Positions 37,709 to 47,227 are shown, numbered from the stretch's first letter. The stretch is 64,000 nucleotides of DNA from Patescibacteria group bacterium (GCA_049325535.1 JBMOKY010000001.1:93002-157001), one strand, 5' to 3'. Notes: generated by a model from the letters alone, not told the origin. Made by a program: numbers and translations.

Positions 37709-38389
37709 ATGGACGGAGCAACAGCGGTTGTATTATCTTCCTTTACTGACTTTTGGGGCAAAATAGCCAATTCAATTCCTACGCTTCTAGTCGCCCTAGT
37801 GCTCATTTTTGCTGGATTTATTTTCGCCTGGATATTTGAAGAGCTTTCAAAAAAACTGCTCCGAGCTGTGAAATTGGAGGAAATAATGGCGAGAATCGGC
37901 TTACGCCAGATTTTGGAAAAAGCAGGATTGCGCATTACTTTTACCCGACTTCTTTCGGCGATTGTCTACTGGTTTGTATTGGTGGTTTTTTTGGCGGCGG
38001 TAGTAGATATAGCCGGATTACACCAACTTACTCAGTTCGTGAATAATCTGGTGTCATACCTGCCAAATGTCATTGCAGCGGTTGCCATACTGATAATCGG
38101 TGTATTATTCGCGAACGTTTTATACAACGTGGTGCGAAATGCAGGGCATTCGGCAAATATCACAGTGTCTAACTTTCTGGCGTCTCTAGCAAAATGGTCG
38201 GTATTCATATTTGCTTTAATTGCTGCACTTGTTCAGCTCAAAATCGCCCCAGATCTGCTCAAAATACTTTTTACTGGGATTGTGGCCATGTTGGCATTAG
38301 CTGGTGGATTAGCTTTTGGGCTTGGGGGAAGAGAACTGGCACGTGACATTTTGGAAAACATTAGACGGAGCGTTTCCCGAAACAACTAA
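37709..38389 (+). CDS. hypothetical polytopic membrane protein (two similar TM-helix repeats), AT-rich codon usage
   Basis: AAAGGAGGTGAAACA then ATG. It lies within the low-GC segment between the tRNA genes. Confidence 0.6.
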   Translation: MDGATAVVLSSFTDFWGKIANSIPTLLVALVLIFAGFIFAWIFEELSKKLLRAVKLEEIMARIGLRQILEKAGLRITFTRLLSAIVYWFVLVVFLAAVVDIAGLHQLTQFVNNLVSYLPNVIAAVAILIIGVLFANVLYNVVRNAGHSANITVSNFLASLAKWSVFIFALIAALVQLKIAPDLLKILFTGIVAMLALAGGLAFGLGGRELARDILENIRRSVSRNN

Positions 38390-38433
38390 GCACAATGCTA
38401 TGGGCGGTACTGTTATTTAGTATCGCCTTTAGT

Positions 38434-38458
38434 ATTGTTCCACGTGGAACATTTTTTT
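38434..38458 (+). terminator. palindrome TGTTCCACGTGGAACA (copy 2) followed by TTTTTTT; terminator of the membrane-protein gene
   Basis: It lies 45 nt downstream of the stop at 38389. The hairpin is identical to copy 1 at 37158. Confidence 0.6.
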
Positions 38459-38638
38459 AAACAAACACTTATTGCGTAAATAGTTGGTTGTGGTATTGTA
38501 AAAAATACAAATTGATTTGCCGTCAGTTCAAGTCGCAAATTGCATCAGTGTTACTGCTCACCTTCAGGCTCCGAGAGTCACTACGGCCAGCAACAAATCA
38601 ATAGTTTGTTCAATGACAGCGATCGCCCGACACCCTGT

Positions 38639-38712
38639 GGGCCCGTAGTTCAGTTGGCTAGAATGCCTCCATGGCATGGAGGAGGTCACCGGTTCGAGTC
38701 CGGTCGGGTCCA
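38639..38712 (+). tRNA. tRNA-Ala, anticodon GGC (G3:U70 present, CCA not encoded)
   Basis: GGGCCCG TA GTTC AGTTGGCTA GAAT G CCTCC ATGGCAT GGAGG AGGTC ACCGG TTCGAGT CCGGT CGGGTCC A. Confidence 0.8.
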
Positions 38713-38765
38713 AAAGGTGTAGGGGTGATATAACGTCTTTGGTGCAGATCAGTAATACTCATGTG

Positions 38766-39215
38766 ATGAATATCTATTTTGCAGCATCCATTCGAGCAGG
38801 ACGTGGGGATGTTTTCATATATAAAAAAATTTTACCGATGCTGCAAAAACATGGCACTGTTTTGACCGCCCATGTAGCTGACGAACATGTTTCGTCTGAG
38901 GGTGAAGCTGGATTATCGGATCAACAAATTTTTTCGCGGGATATGGCATGGCTTCGATCAGCGGATGTCCTCATCGCTGAAGTGAGTATCCCTTCGCTCG
39001 GTGTTGGTTATGAAATCGGTCAGGCTCGGAGCATGAATATACCGGTGCTTTGTCTGTATCGTGCGGCGAACAGAAAGAAATTATCTGGCATGATTTCAGG
39101 TGACCCAGAAATTCATACGATTTGTTATCGAGAAGCAGACAGTCTCCAGACGCGTATCGATAATTTCTTTCAGTCATTGCATTCATCATCAGCGGGGCTT
39201 GACAGCAATCCGTGA
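38766..39215 (+). CDS. DNPH1/Rcl-like 2'-deoxynucleoside 5'-phosphate N-hydrolase (nucleoside 2-deoxyribosyltransferase superfamily)
   Basis: MNIYFAASIRAGRGD...HGTVLTAHVA...WLRSADVLIAEVSIPSLGVGYEIG...LSGMISG aligns with human DNPH1 (YFCGSIRGGRED...PSLGVGYELG...LSAMIRG). Confidence 0.75.
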   Translation: MNIYFAASIRAGRGDVFIYKKILPMLQKHGTVLTAHVADEHVSSEGEAGLSDQQIFSRDMAWLRSADVLIAEVSIPSLGVGYEIGQARSMNIPVLCLYRAANRKKLSGMISGDPEIHTICYREADSLQTRIDNFFQSLHSSSAGLDSNP

Positions 39216-39266
39216 CCATGATAATCTGTATTTATACCCCTGGGGGGTATATGACCGCCATGGCAT

Positions 39267-39524
39267 ATGACTACCCATACTGACAAAGAACTTATCAATC
39301 AATTGCACCGTGCGCAGGGCCAGCTCGATGGCGTGGAGCGGATGATGTCCGAGTGCCGTTCGTGCGAAGACGTCGTTATGCAATTGATGGCCGCCCGTTC
39401 GTCGATCGAGCGACTAACCGTCAAACTACTCGAAGAGGAAACGCAGAGTTGTCTGAAATCGAAGAATCGATCGGAGGTGCAGCGGCTGCAAAAAGTCGCG
39501 GCCACGCTATTTAAATATACCTAG
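39267..39524 (+). CDS. CsoR/RcnR/CstR-family (DUF156) metal- or thiol-sensing transcriptional repressor
   Basis: 85 aa with the family pattern LHRAQGQLDGVERMM...C..C..V..Q..A.R....L...LL; the Cys residues are at positions 29, 32 and 60. Confidence 0.7.
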   Translation: MTTHTDKELINQLHRAQGQLDGVERMMSECRSCEDVVMQLMAARSSIERLTVKLLEEETQSCLKSKNRSEVQRLQKVAATLFKYT

Positions 39525-39635
39525 GGGAAGAATTGCTGATTGCTGATGCATGCTCTCTGTATGAGTATGTCTCGGGTATAAGCGGAGCGGGTATTCATGA
39601 GCAATTAAGTAATACATAATAATTTATATTACCCT

Positions 39636-39962
39636 ATGACAGAGATACATCTGACCGACGCTAATTTTTCAGACGAAGTCCTCAAATCGGACAAGCCGGT
39701 GTTAGTCGATTTCTGGGCAGAGTGGTGCGGCCCGTGCAAAATCCAAGGACCGATCATCGAGGAGCTCGCTCAGGAAATCGGCGATGTGGCAAAAATCGGA
39801 AAATTGGAAGTAGATGAAAATCCCGCCACCGCCCAGCAGTACGGCATCATGAGCATACCGACGCTGGCCATATTCAAAAAAGGTGAAATCGTCTGGCAGG
39901 TCGCCGGTGTCCAGACCAAGGAAGCGCTGCTGAGCCAATTGAAAGCCGCGGCTGGCAACTAA
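39636..39962 (+). CDS. trxA: thioredoxin
   Basis: WAEWCGPCK active site; 108 aa. Confidence 0.95.
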   Translation: MTEIHLTDANFSDEVLKSDKPVLVDFWAEWCGPCKIQGPIIEELAQEIGDVAKIGKLEVDENPATAQQYGIMSIPTLAIFKKGEIVWQVAGVQTKEALLSQLKAAAGN

Positions 39963-39987
39963 TCGTCACTCAACTATATATCCCGCT

Positions 39988-40923
39988 ATGCATCCATCAA
40001 CCCATCATCACGTCGTGATAATCGGTTCGGGTCCTGCCGGACTCACCGCGGGCATTTATCTCGGACGAGCGTCATTGGAGCCGGTGCTTTTTGCCGGACA
40101 GGAACCGGGCGGACAGTTGACCACTACTTCCGACGTCGGTAATTTCCCCGGATTTGTGGAGGACATCGCCGGACCGGAGCTGATGTCGCGCATGCAGCAG
40201 CAGGCGGTGCGTTTTGGGACTCGGATTTTTTCAGAGGTGGTGCAGTCGGTTGATTTCAGTCAGCGGCCGTTTACCATCCACACTGACAAACAAAGCGTGA
40301 CCGCAGACGCCGTCATTGTGGCTACGGGTGCCAGTGCCAAATGGCTCGGTCTGGAGAGCGAGCAGAAATTGCGCGGCAAAGGTGTCTCGGCCTGCGCAAC
40401 CTGTGACGGTTTTTTCTTCAAAAATAAAGACGTGGCAGTGGTTGGCGGTGGCGACACGGCGATGGAAGAAGCGACTTTCCTGACGAAATTTGCCCGACGC
40501 GTGACTATTTTGGTACGCGGTGACGAAACATCATTGGCCGCCAGCTGGATTATGCTGGATCGCGCCCGGCAAAACGAAAAAATTACATTGAAATACAATG
40601 TCAGCGTACAAGAGGTACTCGGTGATACGGCTGTCACCGGACTGCGATTGATGAATAGCGCTACCAAGCAGGTAGAGACCATTGAGGTGCAGGGGTTGTT
40701 TGTGGCCATCGGTCACAAACCAAATACGGAATTTTTGGGTGGACAGCTGGAATTGACCAAGGGGTATATCGTGGTGCATGACATGACCAAAACATCCGTG
40801 GAGGGTGTATTTACCGGCGGCGATGTCCACGACTGGCGGTACCGCCAGGCAGTGACCGCGGCGGGTCTCGGGTGTATGGCCGCCTTGGATACCGAAAAAT
40901 ATTTAGCGGGACTGCATCAGTAG
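39988..40923 (+). CDS. trxB: thioredoxin-disulfide reductase
   Basis: FAD motif GSGPAG, redox-active CATCDG, NADPH motif GGGDTA. Confidence 0.95.
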   Translation: MHPSTHHHVVIIGSGPAGLTAGIYLGRASLEPVLFAGQEPGGQLTTTSDVGNFPGFVEDIAGPELMSRMQQQAVRFGTRIFSEVVQSVDFSQRPFTIHTDKQSVTADAVIVATGASAKWLGLESEQKLRGKGVSACATCDGFFFKNKDVAVVGGGDTAMEEATFLTKFARRVTILVRGDETSLAASWIMLDRARQNEKITLKYNVSVQEVLGDTAVTGLRLMNSATKQVETIEVQGLFVAIGHKPNTEFLGGQLELTKGYIVVHDMTKTSVEGVFTGGDVHDWRYRQAVTAAGLGCMAALDTEKYLAGLHQ

Positions 40924-40980
40924 GCATATATCGGTCCGTTTGGTCAGACCTCTGTACGTCATGGGCATATACACTACCCA

Positions 40981-42228
40981 ATGTTTCACATGGAACAAAC
41001 ACAATCACCGGCAGTGAGTCGGCATACATCATCGCCACACATCTCCCTTCGCGCCGAGCGGGTTCCCGATTCGCCTATGCGGCGGTTTCATGATGCGGCA
41101 CTACAGGTACAGCGCCAGGGACGAACGGTACATTTTCTGAATATCGGCCAGCCGGATATCCCCACCCCGCAGGTTTTTTTTGATACGCTGCGGCAGTATG
41201 CCGGTACCATCGTCGGGTACGCTCCATCACCGGGTTTCCCGGAAACTATCCGTGCCTGGCAGACGTACTATCGGTCAGGAGGCATACCCCTCGATGAAAA
41301 AAATATAATCGTCACTATGGGCGGCAGCGAAGCGTTACAGTTCGCGCTGATGGCGGTGGCTGATCCGGATGATGAAGTGGTGCTCTTCGAACCGACCTAC
41401 GCCAGCTATATCTCGTTTGCCACCATGCTGGGTATTCGTATCGCGTCCGTTCCGCTTGATGCCAGTCACGCATTTCATCTGCCGGATGATGCGGTCATCG
41501 AACGTGCCATCACCCCGCGCACCCGAGCCATCCTGGTGTGCAATCCGGCAAATCCCACGGGGACCGTTTTTTCCCAAGCCGAAGTACAGCGGATCGGGGC
41601 GATCGCCCGGCGGTATGGATTATTTATCATTGCTGACGAGGTGTATCGGGAATTTGTCTATACCGGCGCGCCGCATTATAGTTTTCTTGCGGACGCATCC
41701 TTGCACGACCAGGTCATCATGATCGATAGCGTGTCAAAGCGATTTAATGTATGCGGCGCGCGAATCGGCGCGGTGGTTTCACGCAACGCATCGGTGCTCG
41801 ATGCCCTGGGTCGTTTCGCGCGCAGCCGATTGTCAGTGCCCACCCTCGAGCAGTTGGCGGTCATCCCGCTGCTCACCGACGCCGGGGGGTATGTAGCCGG
41901 TGTCGTCGCTGAATATGCCCGGCGCCGCGCTGCCGTCATGGAAGCCCAACAAGCCAGTCGCAGCATCGGGTGGTACGCACCGGAGGGAGCGTTTTATACT
42001 ATCGCCACGTTACCCGTAGCGGATACCGTGGATTTCGTATCCTGGACACTGACGCAATTTCAGGAGGATAATAGCACCATCCTGGTCGCTCCGGGAACGG
42101 GTTTTTATGTCAATCCCGATCATGGCCGTCACCAGATTCGCATTGCATTTGTCATCGAAGCCGAGCCGCTCCGGCACGCCCTCGCCCTGCTCGAACACGC
42201 GGTGGCAGAATATCAAAAAAATCATTAA
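40981..42228 (+). CDS. class I/II PLP-dependent aminotransferase (aspartate/aromatic aminotransferase-like)
   Basis: SVSKRFNVCGARIGAV matches the PLP-lysine region of the SxSK...G.R.G pattern; the ORF length is 415 aa. Confidence 0.8.
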   Translation: MFHMEQTQSPAVSRHTSSPHISLRAERVPDSPMRRFHDAALQVQRQGRTVHFLNIGQPDIPTPQVFFDTLRQYAGTIVGYAPSPGFPETIRAWQTYYRSGGIPLDEKNIIVTMGGSEALQFALMAVADPDDEVVLFEPTYASYISFATMLGIRIASVPLDASHAFHLPDDAVIERAITPRTRAILVCNPANPTGTVFSQAEVQRIGAIARRYGLFIIADEVYREFVYTGAPHYSFLADASLHDQVIMIDSVSKRFNVCGARIGAVVSRNASVLDALGRFARSRLSVPTLEQLAVIPLLTDAGGYVAGVVAEYARRRAAVMEAQQASRSIGWYAPEGAFYTIATLPVADTVDFVSWTLTQFQEDNSTILVAPGTGFYVNPDHGRHQIRIAFVIEAEPLRHALALLEHAVAEYQKNH

Positions 42229-42237
42229 TCATCATCT

Positions 42238-43515
42238 ATGACTTCCATACATCCATTTGCCAACGCCTTGAAGAATTTGCGTCAGGCCGGTGCGCAACTT
42301 GGGCTCAGCCAGGAATTGATAGACGCTATTGGTATGGCTGATGCCATCCTACAGCGCGAGCTGAAGATTACCATGGATTCCGGAGAGGAAAAAACATTTG
42401 CCGGGTATCGAGTACAGTTCAATAATGCGCGCGGACCGTACAAGGGCGGCATCCGCTTCCATCCGGAAGCAAATCTCGACGAAGTAAAGACACTCGCCTT
42501 TCTGATGGCCATCAAATGCGCGGTGGTGGATATTCCCATGGGCGGAGGCAAGGGCGGTATTCAGGTTGATCCAAAAACCTTATCTGTCGGGGAGCTGGAG
42601 CGGCTTTCTCGTGAGTGGGTGCGCGCATTTTATCAGGATATCGGTCCGGACAAAGATATTCCCGCCCCGGACGTATATACCAATCCATTGATCATGTCAT
42701 GGATGTCAGATGAATATTCACGACTAGTTGGCACGGATACTCCGGCGGCGTTTACCGGCAAACCGCTGGAGGTCGGAGGCTCGGCTGGTCGCGATACTGC
42801 TACTGCCCAGGGTGGTGCCGAGGTCTTGTCTCAGTTGGCGGCGACGCTGCGGATTGTTCCACAGAACACGACGGTAGCGGTCCAGGGATTTGGCAATGCC
42901 GGATTTCACATCGCCCGTCTGCTGCGGGAGCAGGGATATCGGGTGGTGGCGGTGTCCGATTCCCGAGGAGCCATCCTCGATAAGCGGCGGCTGGGCATGG
43001 ATCCCTCAAACATCATGACGGCAAAAAGGGAAAAGGGTATGATTGACGGATGCTATTGCGCGGGTACGGTCTGTGATTGTGAAAATTATGAAAAAATTTC
43101 CAATGCACAACTGTTGGAGCTCGACGTCGATATACTCGTTCCTGCGGCACTGGAAAATCAGATCACCGGGGAAAACGCCGATCGTATCAAAGCCTCCATC
43201 ATCCTTGAATTGGCAAATGGCGCCATCACGCCGGAAGCGGATACGATACTGTTCCGACGGGGGACGCAGGTGCTACCCGATTCGCTGGCCAATGCCGGTG
43301 GAGTGACGGTCAGTTATTTCGAATGGCTGCAAAACAGCAATAATGAATCCTGGGATCAGGCGCGGGTGTTTGATGAGCTGCGCCGGATCATGACCACGGC
43401 TTTTCAGGCCATATGGCGGATTGCCCAGGAGGAAAAGGTGAGTATGCGCACAGCCGCTTATTTGATTGCCGTTAAGCGGATTGCCGAGGCTATGCAGAAG
43501 CGAGGGGTCTCATAA
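42238..43515 (+). CDS. gdhA: glutamate dehydrogenase (Glu/Leu/Phe/Val dehydrogenase family)
   Basis: GPYKGGIRFHP and GGGKGG signatures. Confidence 0.9.
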   Translation: MTSIHPFANALKNLRQAGAQLGLSQELIDAIGMADAILQRELKITMDSGEEKTFAGYRVQFNNARGPYKGGIRFHPEANLDEVKTLAFLMAIKCAVVDIPMGGGKGGIQVDPKTLSVGELERLSREWVRAFYQDIGPDKDIPAPDVYTNPLIMSWMSDEYSRLVGTDTPAAFTGKPLEVGGSAGRDTATAQGGAEVLSQLAATLRIVPQNTTVAVQGFGNAGFHIARLLREQGYRVVAVSDSRGAILDKRRLGMDPSNIMTAKREKGMIDGCYCAGTVCDCENYEKISNAQLLELDVDILVPAALENQITGENADRIKASIILELANGAITPEADTILFRRGTQVLPDSLANAGGVTVSYFEWLQNSNNESWDQARVFDELRRIMTTAFQAIWRIAQEEKVSMRTAAYLIAVKRIAEAMQKRGVS

Positions 43516-43620
43516 TCCCTTGTTTGGCAGAAGGTTTTTTGGTGGTTATTGCTTGATTGTGGTGATATGCTATAATGCTGCCGAGCATAGCCTGCTCATA
43601 TTATTTTTTACGAATGTACT

Positions 43621-44001
43621 ATGGGTACAACCCTCGACCATTTTGAACAATCATTTGTTGATCAGCAGCGGCAAACGCTGCAGGGCGAAAAAGAGCGGCT
43701 GGAGAAACAGCTGCATGGGATGACTGGTGATGACGCATTTAACAAAGACAAAGTTCAGGTGAAATGGGATGAAATGGGAGAAAAGGAAGAGGATAACGCC
43801 GTGGAAGTGGCCCAATTTCAGGATAGTATTTCCCTGGAACGAAATTTGGAAGAACAACTTGAACGCATCAATGATGCCCTCCGCCGACTCGGTGACCGCA
43901 CCTATGGTATCTGTGAGGTCTGTGGCAATCCGATTGAGCAGGGACGCCTGACCGCTAATCCCAGCGCTGTGCGCTGCGTCAAGGACGCTGCTCGAAAGTA
44001 G
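43621..44001 (+). CDS. DksA/TraR-family C4 zinc-finger protein
   Basis: Coiled-coil N-terminus and C-terminal CEVCGNPI...RCVKDA zinc finger. Confidence 0.75.
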   Translation: MGTTLDHFEQSFVDQQRQTLQGEKERLEKQLHGMTGDDAFNKDKVQVKWDEMGEKEEDNAVEVAQFQDSISLERNLEEQLERINDALRRLGDRTYGICEVCGNPIEQGRLTANPSAVRCVKDAARK

Positions 44002-44002
44002 T

Positions 44003-44461
44003 ATGCAGGTGATGGTTCGCCGTCTGCTGTTGGCCGGCCTCGGGCTGACCGTGATTTTTTTCGTTGATCGGCTGCTGAAATGGTACAGTCTGAATCATTT
44101 GCCCGAAGAGGGGGTGGCGCTTATTCCTGGCGTAGTGCGTCTGACCACCGCCACAAACGCTGGTTTAATATATGGCCTGTCGGTATCCCCGGCCAGCGCC
44201 ATCGGTATCATGGGGGGAGCCATGCTGGCTTTGGTCATGATCGGTGCGCATGCCTGGCGGCGTCAGCGAACCGGACAGCTGATCGGCGTGGCCGCCATGC
44301 TGACGGGGAGTTTTTCAAATCTATTTGATCGATTGTCCGCGGGATACGTCGTTGATTATCTGGTCAGTATCACGCCGTCAGTATTCAATCTCGCTGACGT
44401 GCTGATCGCTGTAGGCGCGGTGATGTGGGTAATTGCGCTGCTGCGCCAGCGGGCGGCTTGA
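44003..44461 (+). CDS. lspA: lipoprotein signal peptidase II
   Basis: 152 aa with four TM segments; NAGLIYG and FNLADVLI motifs. Confidence 0.8.
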   Translation: MQVMVRRLLLAGLGLTVIFFVDRLLKWYSLNHLPEEGVALIPGVVRLTTATNAGLIYGLSVSPASAIGIMGGAMLALVMIGAHAWRRQRTGQLIGVAAMLTGSFSNLFDRLSAGYVVDYLVSITPSVFNLADVLIAVGAVMWVIALLRQRAA

Positions 44462-44529
44462 CGTCGGGCAGGAGGACTTGGTAGGGTAGGAGCACACAGA
44501 GTACATTCATAACCTCGAAAGGAGGGTAT

Positions 44530-45297
44530 GTGACAGAATTACCATTTTCGAACGAAAGGACGATCGAATATCCAATAACGCGATTACACCGGTGGGGCGC
44601 ACGGAAGTTCCGTCGGTTGGTGGCTTGGTGTGCTCGCCATCATATTGATCCGAACTGGTTTACCTATCTCGGACTGGGCTGCGCGCTCGGCATGTGCGTG
44701 TCTCTCTGGCACGGGTGGTGGTTTGCCGCACTGCTGTGTATCGGCCTGAACGGCCTCAGTGACGTGATAGATGGCGAACTGGCACGAGCGACGGCCGATA
44801 AGCGGGCGCATTGGCTAAATGAATACGGTGTATTACTCGATCCAAAAGTAGACCGGGTGAATGACATCGCCGCGTTCATCGGATTGTGGCTCTATGCGGA
44901 AGCGATCGGCTTGCCGCTGTGGTTTCAAGCACTGATCGTCGTCTCGGGCGCACTGCATCCGGTGTCGTCATTTATTCGGGCAAAGTATGAGAGCTTGCCT
45001 ATTTTCCAGACACGGAAAATTCGATTTCAGGAACAGAAACCGCTGACGCGGGCGGCATTCATGGTTTTCCTGGCGATCGTCTGCTGCGCCCTATGGCTGG
45101 CCTGGGGAGCGCCTCATCTCATGATATGGGCGGGCATCTATCGTCAGTCGCCGTACGACATCGCTTCCGTACAGTATTGGATATTTGTCCTCGGGGTCCT
45201 GGGATTGGTCTGTGCTCCGACGCTGTTCAATTTCTTCCGGCGTTGGCACCGGTCGCGCACCATTTTTCGTTCACAGGGCATCACCCCACCTGGTTAA
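44530..45297 (+). CDS. CDP-alcohol phosphatidyltransferase family protein
   Basis: DGELARATADKRAHWLNEYGVLLDPKVDRVND matches D-G-x2-A-R...G-x3-D-x3-D. A GTG start is preceded by AGGAGGG. Confidence 0.75.
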   Translation: MTELPFSNERTIEYPITRLHRWGARKFRRLVAWCARHHIDPNWFTYLGLGCALGMCVSLWHGWWFAALLCIGLNGLSDVIDGELARATADKRAHWLNEYGVLLDPKVDRVNDIAAFIGLWLYAEAIGLPLWFQALIVVSGALHPVSSFIRAKYESLPIFQTRKIRFQEQKPLTRAAFMVFLAIVCCALWLAWGAPHLMIWAGIYRQSPYDIASVQYWIFVLGVLGLVCAPTLFNFFRRWHRSRTIFRSQGITPPG

Positions 45298-45318
45298 TCC
45301 CACGGTGGGGCTTTTTTT
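45284..45318 (+). terminator. Rho-independent terminator (CCCCACC...GGTGGGG followed by CTTTTTTT)
   Basis: It overlaps the stop codon of the phosphatidyltransferase gene. Confidence 0.55.
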
Positions 45319-45392
45319 ACTTGCGTGGCGGGGCAGCTCGTGCTAGGATAGAGCAATTTACATATAGTTCTTTTCACGAAGAAGGAGTTTCT

Positions 45393-46178
45393 ATGCTTTG
45401 GCTCTTGGTGTGTCAATTGCTGTGGTGGCCGTGGATGACACCAGCCGCGTATTCACCGGCACCAGCCTACTGTTTTCATTCTGATGCGCGATGGCGCCTT
45501 GATTCGTTGGTCGGGCAATCTGCGGACGAGCATCTCTACCAGCGGATGGTGCTGACGCACAACCTCGCATTTAATAAAAGTGAGGGCATGCGCGACAGTA
45601 GCGATCAGCTGCTCAAACGTTTTGAGGCGCAATACGGCGTCGCTGATTCGACCATCGTCTACCGGGCAACCCTGGACATCATGCATGTCCGGGATCATCA
45701 GTTCAGGCAATATGCCACTGGCGCAATCAATTCACTGAGCTTCGGCATATTTGGCAGCAATCCGAAGGACAAAGTGCGGAAGTGCATCGGCCGCATCAGT
45801 GAATGCGTTGAACGAAATCAGGAGTCCATATCCTTTCGCATCCACCGCCTGACAGCGGCACTGGAGACAGCGGAACATCTCGACGAGATGTTTGCCCTGG
45901 CTATCAGCGATCTCAAATGGTTGAGTGAGCGCGATACCCTTCTGGATACTGCCGAGGCATGTCTGTACCGGCTCGCATGGGCGCGCTATGCGTATAAATA
46001 CTGCATGAAGCTGCAGTATCTTCCGGTGCAGTCGCGGTTGGCTGAAATTGATAAGGGTATACAGTGGATCGATGCGGCGCGCGTCATGGCCGTGACACCG
46101 GGACTGTCAACCGAGGTGGCGATTTGGGAAGATCGGCTGCGTACGTTACGTCATGCAATTGTAGCGGGCTCACCCTGA
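45393..46178 (+). CDS. hypothetical secreted protein
   Basis: GAAGGAG 6 nt upstream of the ATG; signal peptide MLWLLVCQLLWWPWMTPAAYS. The longer ORF from 45093 is rejected because it overlaps the upstream gene. Confidence 0.55.
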   Translation: MLWLLVCQLLWWPWMTPAAYSPAPAYCFHSDARWRLDSLVGQSADEHLYQRMVLTHNLAFNKSEGMRDSSDQLLKRFEAQYGVADSTIVYRATLDIMHVRDHQFRQYATGAINSLSFGIFGSNPKDKVRKCIGRISECVERNQESISFRIHRLTAALETAEHLDEMFALAISDLKWLSERDTLLDTAEACLYRLAWARYAYKYCMKLQYLPVQSRLAEIDKGIQWIDAARVMAVTPGLSTEVAIWEDRLRTLRHAIVAGSP

Positions 46179-46209
46179 GTCCGCTTTTTTATTGTGCTAT
46201 ACTGCTGGT

Positions 46210-46890
46210 ATGCGAATCAATAAATTTATTGCGTTATCAGGTGTTGCTTCACGCCGCACAGCCGATCAGCTGATCCGGCAGGGACGGGTGGAGCGCAATG
46301 GCCAGGTGGTCACCGAGCTGGGGGTTCAAGTGGACCCGACAGCCGATACTATTACTGTAGACGGCCGTTCACTGCAGCCGGTGGACTCCTATACTTATCT
46401 GGCACTGCATAAACCACGCGGGTATGTGTGTACGCACGCGCGGTTTGATGGTGAGCAGTCGGTGTTTACATTGTTACCCGCCCGGTACCGACATCTCAAA
46501 ATGAGCGGACGGCTCGACAAAGATTCCGAAGGGTTGCTGATTTTATCGGATGACGGTGGGTTCATTCAGCAACTTGGCCATCCCCGCTATGCCAAAGCGA
46601 AAGAGTATCAGGTCGTCGTCACGCGGGCACTGTCATCGGGAGCACTGGCGCAGTTGCGTCGGGGGGTCCGACTGGATGAGGGTGTTGCTCAGGTGGATGA
46701 AATTCGCATGGTGAATCCCACTACTTATACAATCCGTATCCATCAGGGCTGGAAGCGGCAGATCCGTCGGATGATGGAAGCGGTGGGTGCCCGGGTAGTG
46801 CGGCTGGTGCGGACGCGGGTGGGTCCCTATGCGCTCGGTTCGCTCCCGCCGGGAGAGTATAAAGAAATAAAAAAGCCGTCCACAGCCTAG
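46210..46890 (+). CDS. rRNA pseudouridine synthase (RsuA/RluB family) with N-terminal S4 domain
   Basis: MRINKFIALSGVASRRTADQLIRQGRV is an S4 domain; HRLD-type catalytic region (LGHPRYAKAKEYQV). Confidence 0.8.
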   Translation: MRINKFIALSGVASRRTADQLIRQGRVERNGQVVTELGVQVDPTADTITVDGRSLQPVDSYTYLALHKPRGYVCTHARFDGEQSVFTLLPARYRHLKMSGRLDKDSEGLLILSDDGGFIQQLGHPRYAKAKEYQVVVTRALSSGALAQLRRGVRLDEGVAQVDEIRMVNPTTYTIRIHQGWKRQIRRMMEAVGARVVRLVRTRVGPYALGSLPPGEYKEIKKPSTA

Positions 46891-46907
46891 GCAGGGAGGA
46901 ACGGCGG
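46866..46907 (-). terminator. family B hairpin terminator (CCGCCGTTCC...GGACGGC followed by TTTTTTATTTC on the minus strand)
   Basis: It lies downstream of the minus-strand zinc-ribbon gene and overlaps the 3' end of the convergent pseudouridine synthase gene. Confidence 0.5.
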
Positions 46908-46928
46908 GAGGATCGGGGGAGCAAGCGG

Positions 46929-47138
46929 TCATGTGCAGGATCCGGGAAAGGACGATGACTCGGGCTGGGGGGAGTCCCGACGCTGTTGTTTTTTGTGTTT
47001 CGTGTGACAGTGTTTACATCGCTGCGGATCATGGGTGTATCCGCGTTCCTGCCAGTACCGCTGGGCGTCGGTAGTGAAAACGAATTCTTCGTGGCACTGG
47101 CTGCAGACGAGGATGCGGTCATGCAATTCCTCTGACAT
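46929..47138 (-). CDS. small zinc-ribbon protein (two CxxC pairs)
   Basis: CSQCHEEF...CKHCH; the SD is GGAGGGAAACATC before the ATG. Confidence 0.6.
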   Translation of the reverse strand: MSEELHDRILVCSQCHEEFVFTTDAQRYWQERGYTHDPQRCKHCHTKHKKQQRRDSPQPESSSFPGSCT

Positions 47139-47211
47139 GATGTTTCCCTCCGTGGAAAAAGCGTGGTAATGATCGGCTGGTACACGGTCATTTTCGCCCT
47201 TTGGGTTGCCG

Positions 47212-47227
47212 CTGTCAAATTTGACAG
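47212..47227 (+). promoter_or_regulatory. perfect 16-bp palindrome CTGTCAAATTTGACAG carrying TTGACA in both orientations
   Basis: It sits in the divergent intergenic region between the zinc-ribbon gene and the comM-like gene. The plus-strand TTGACA is followed after 18 nt by TAGGAT. Confidence 0.4.

Noticed and set aside
37482-37721. 79-aa minus-strand ORF, and the 38540-38722 plus-strand ORF
   Set aside because: Both overlap well-formed tRNA genes (tRNA-Ala CGC and GGC).
45093-45392. N-terminal 100-codon extension of the 45393-46178 ORF
   Set aside because: It overlaps the preceding CDP-alcohol phosphatidyltransferase gene and its terminator. An internal ATG at 45393 has a GAAGGAG SD and gives a clean signal peptide.
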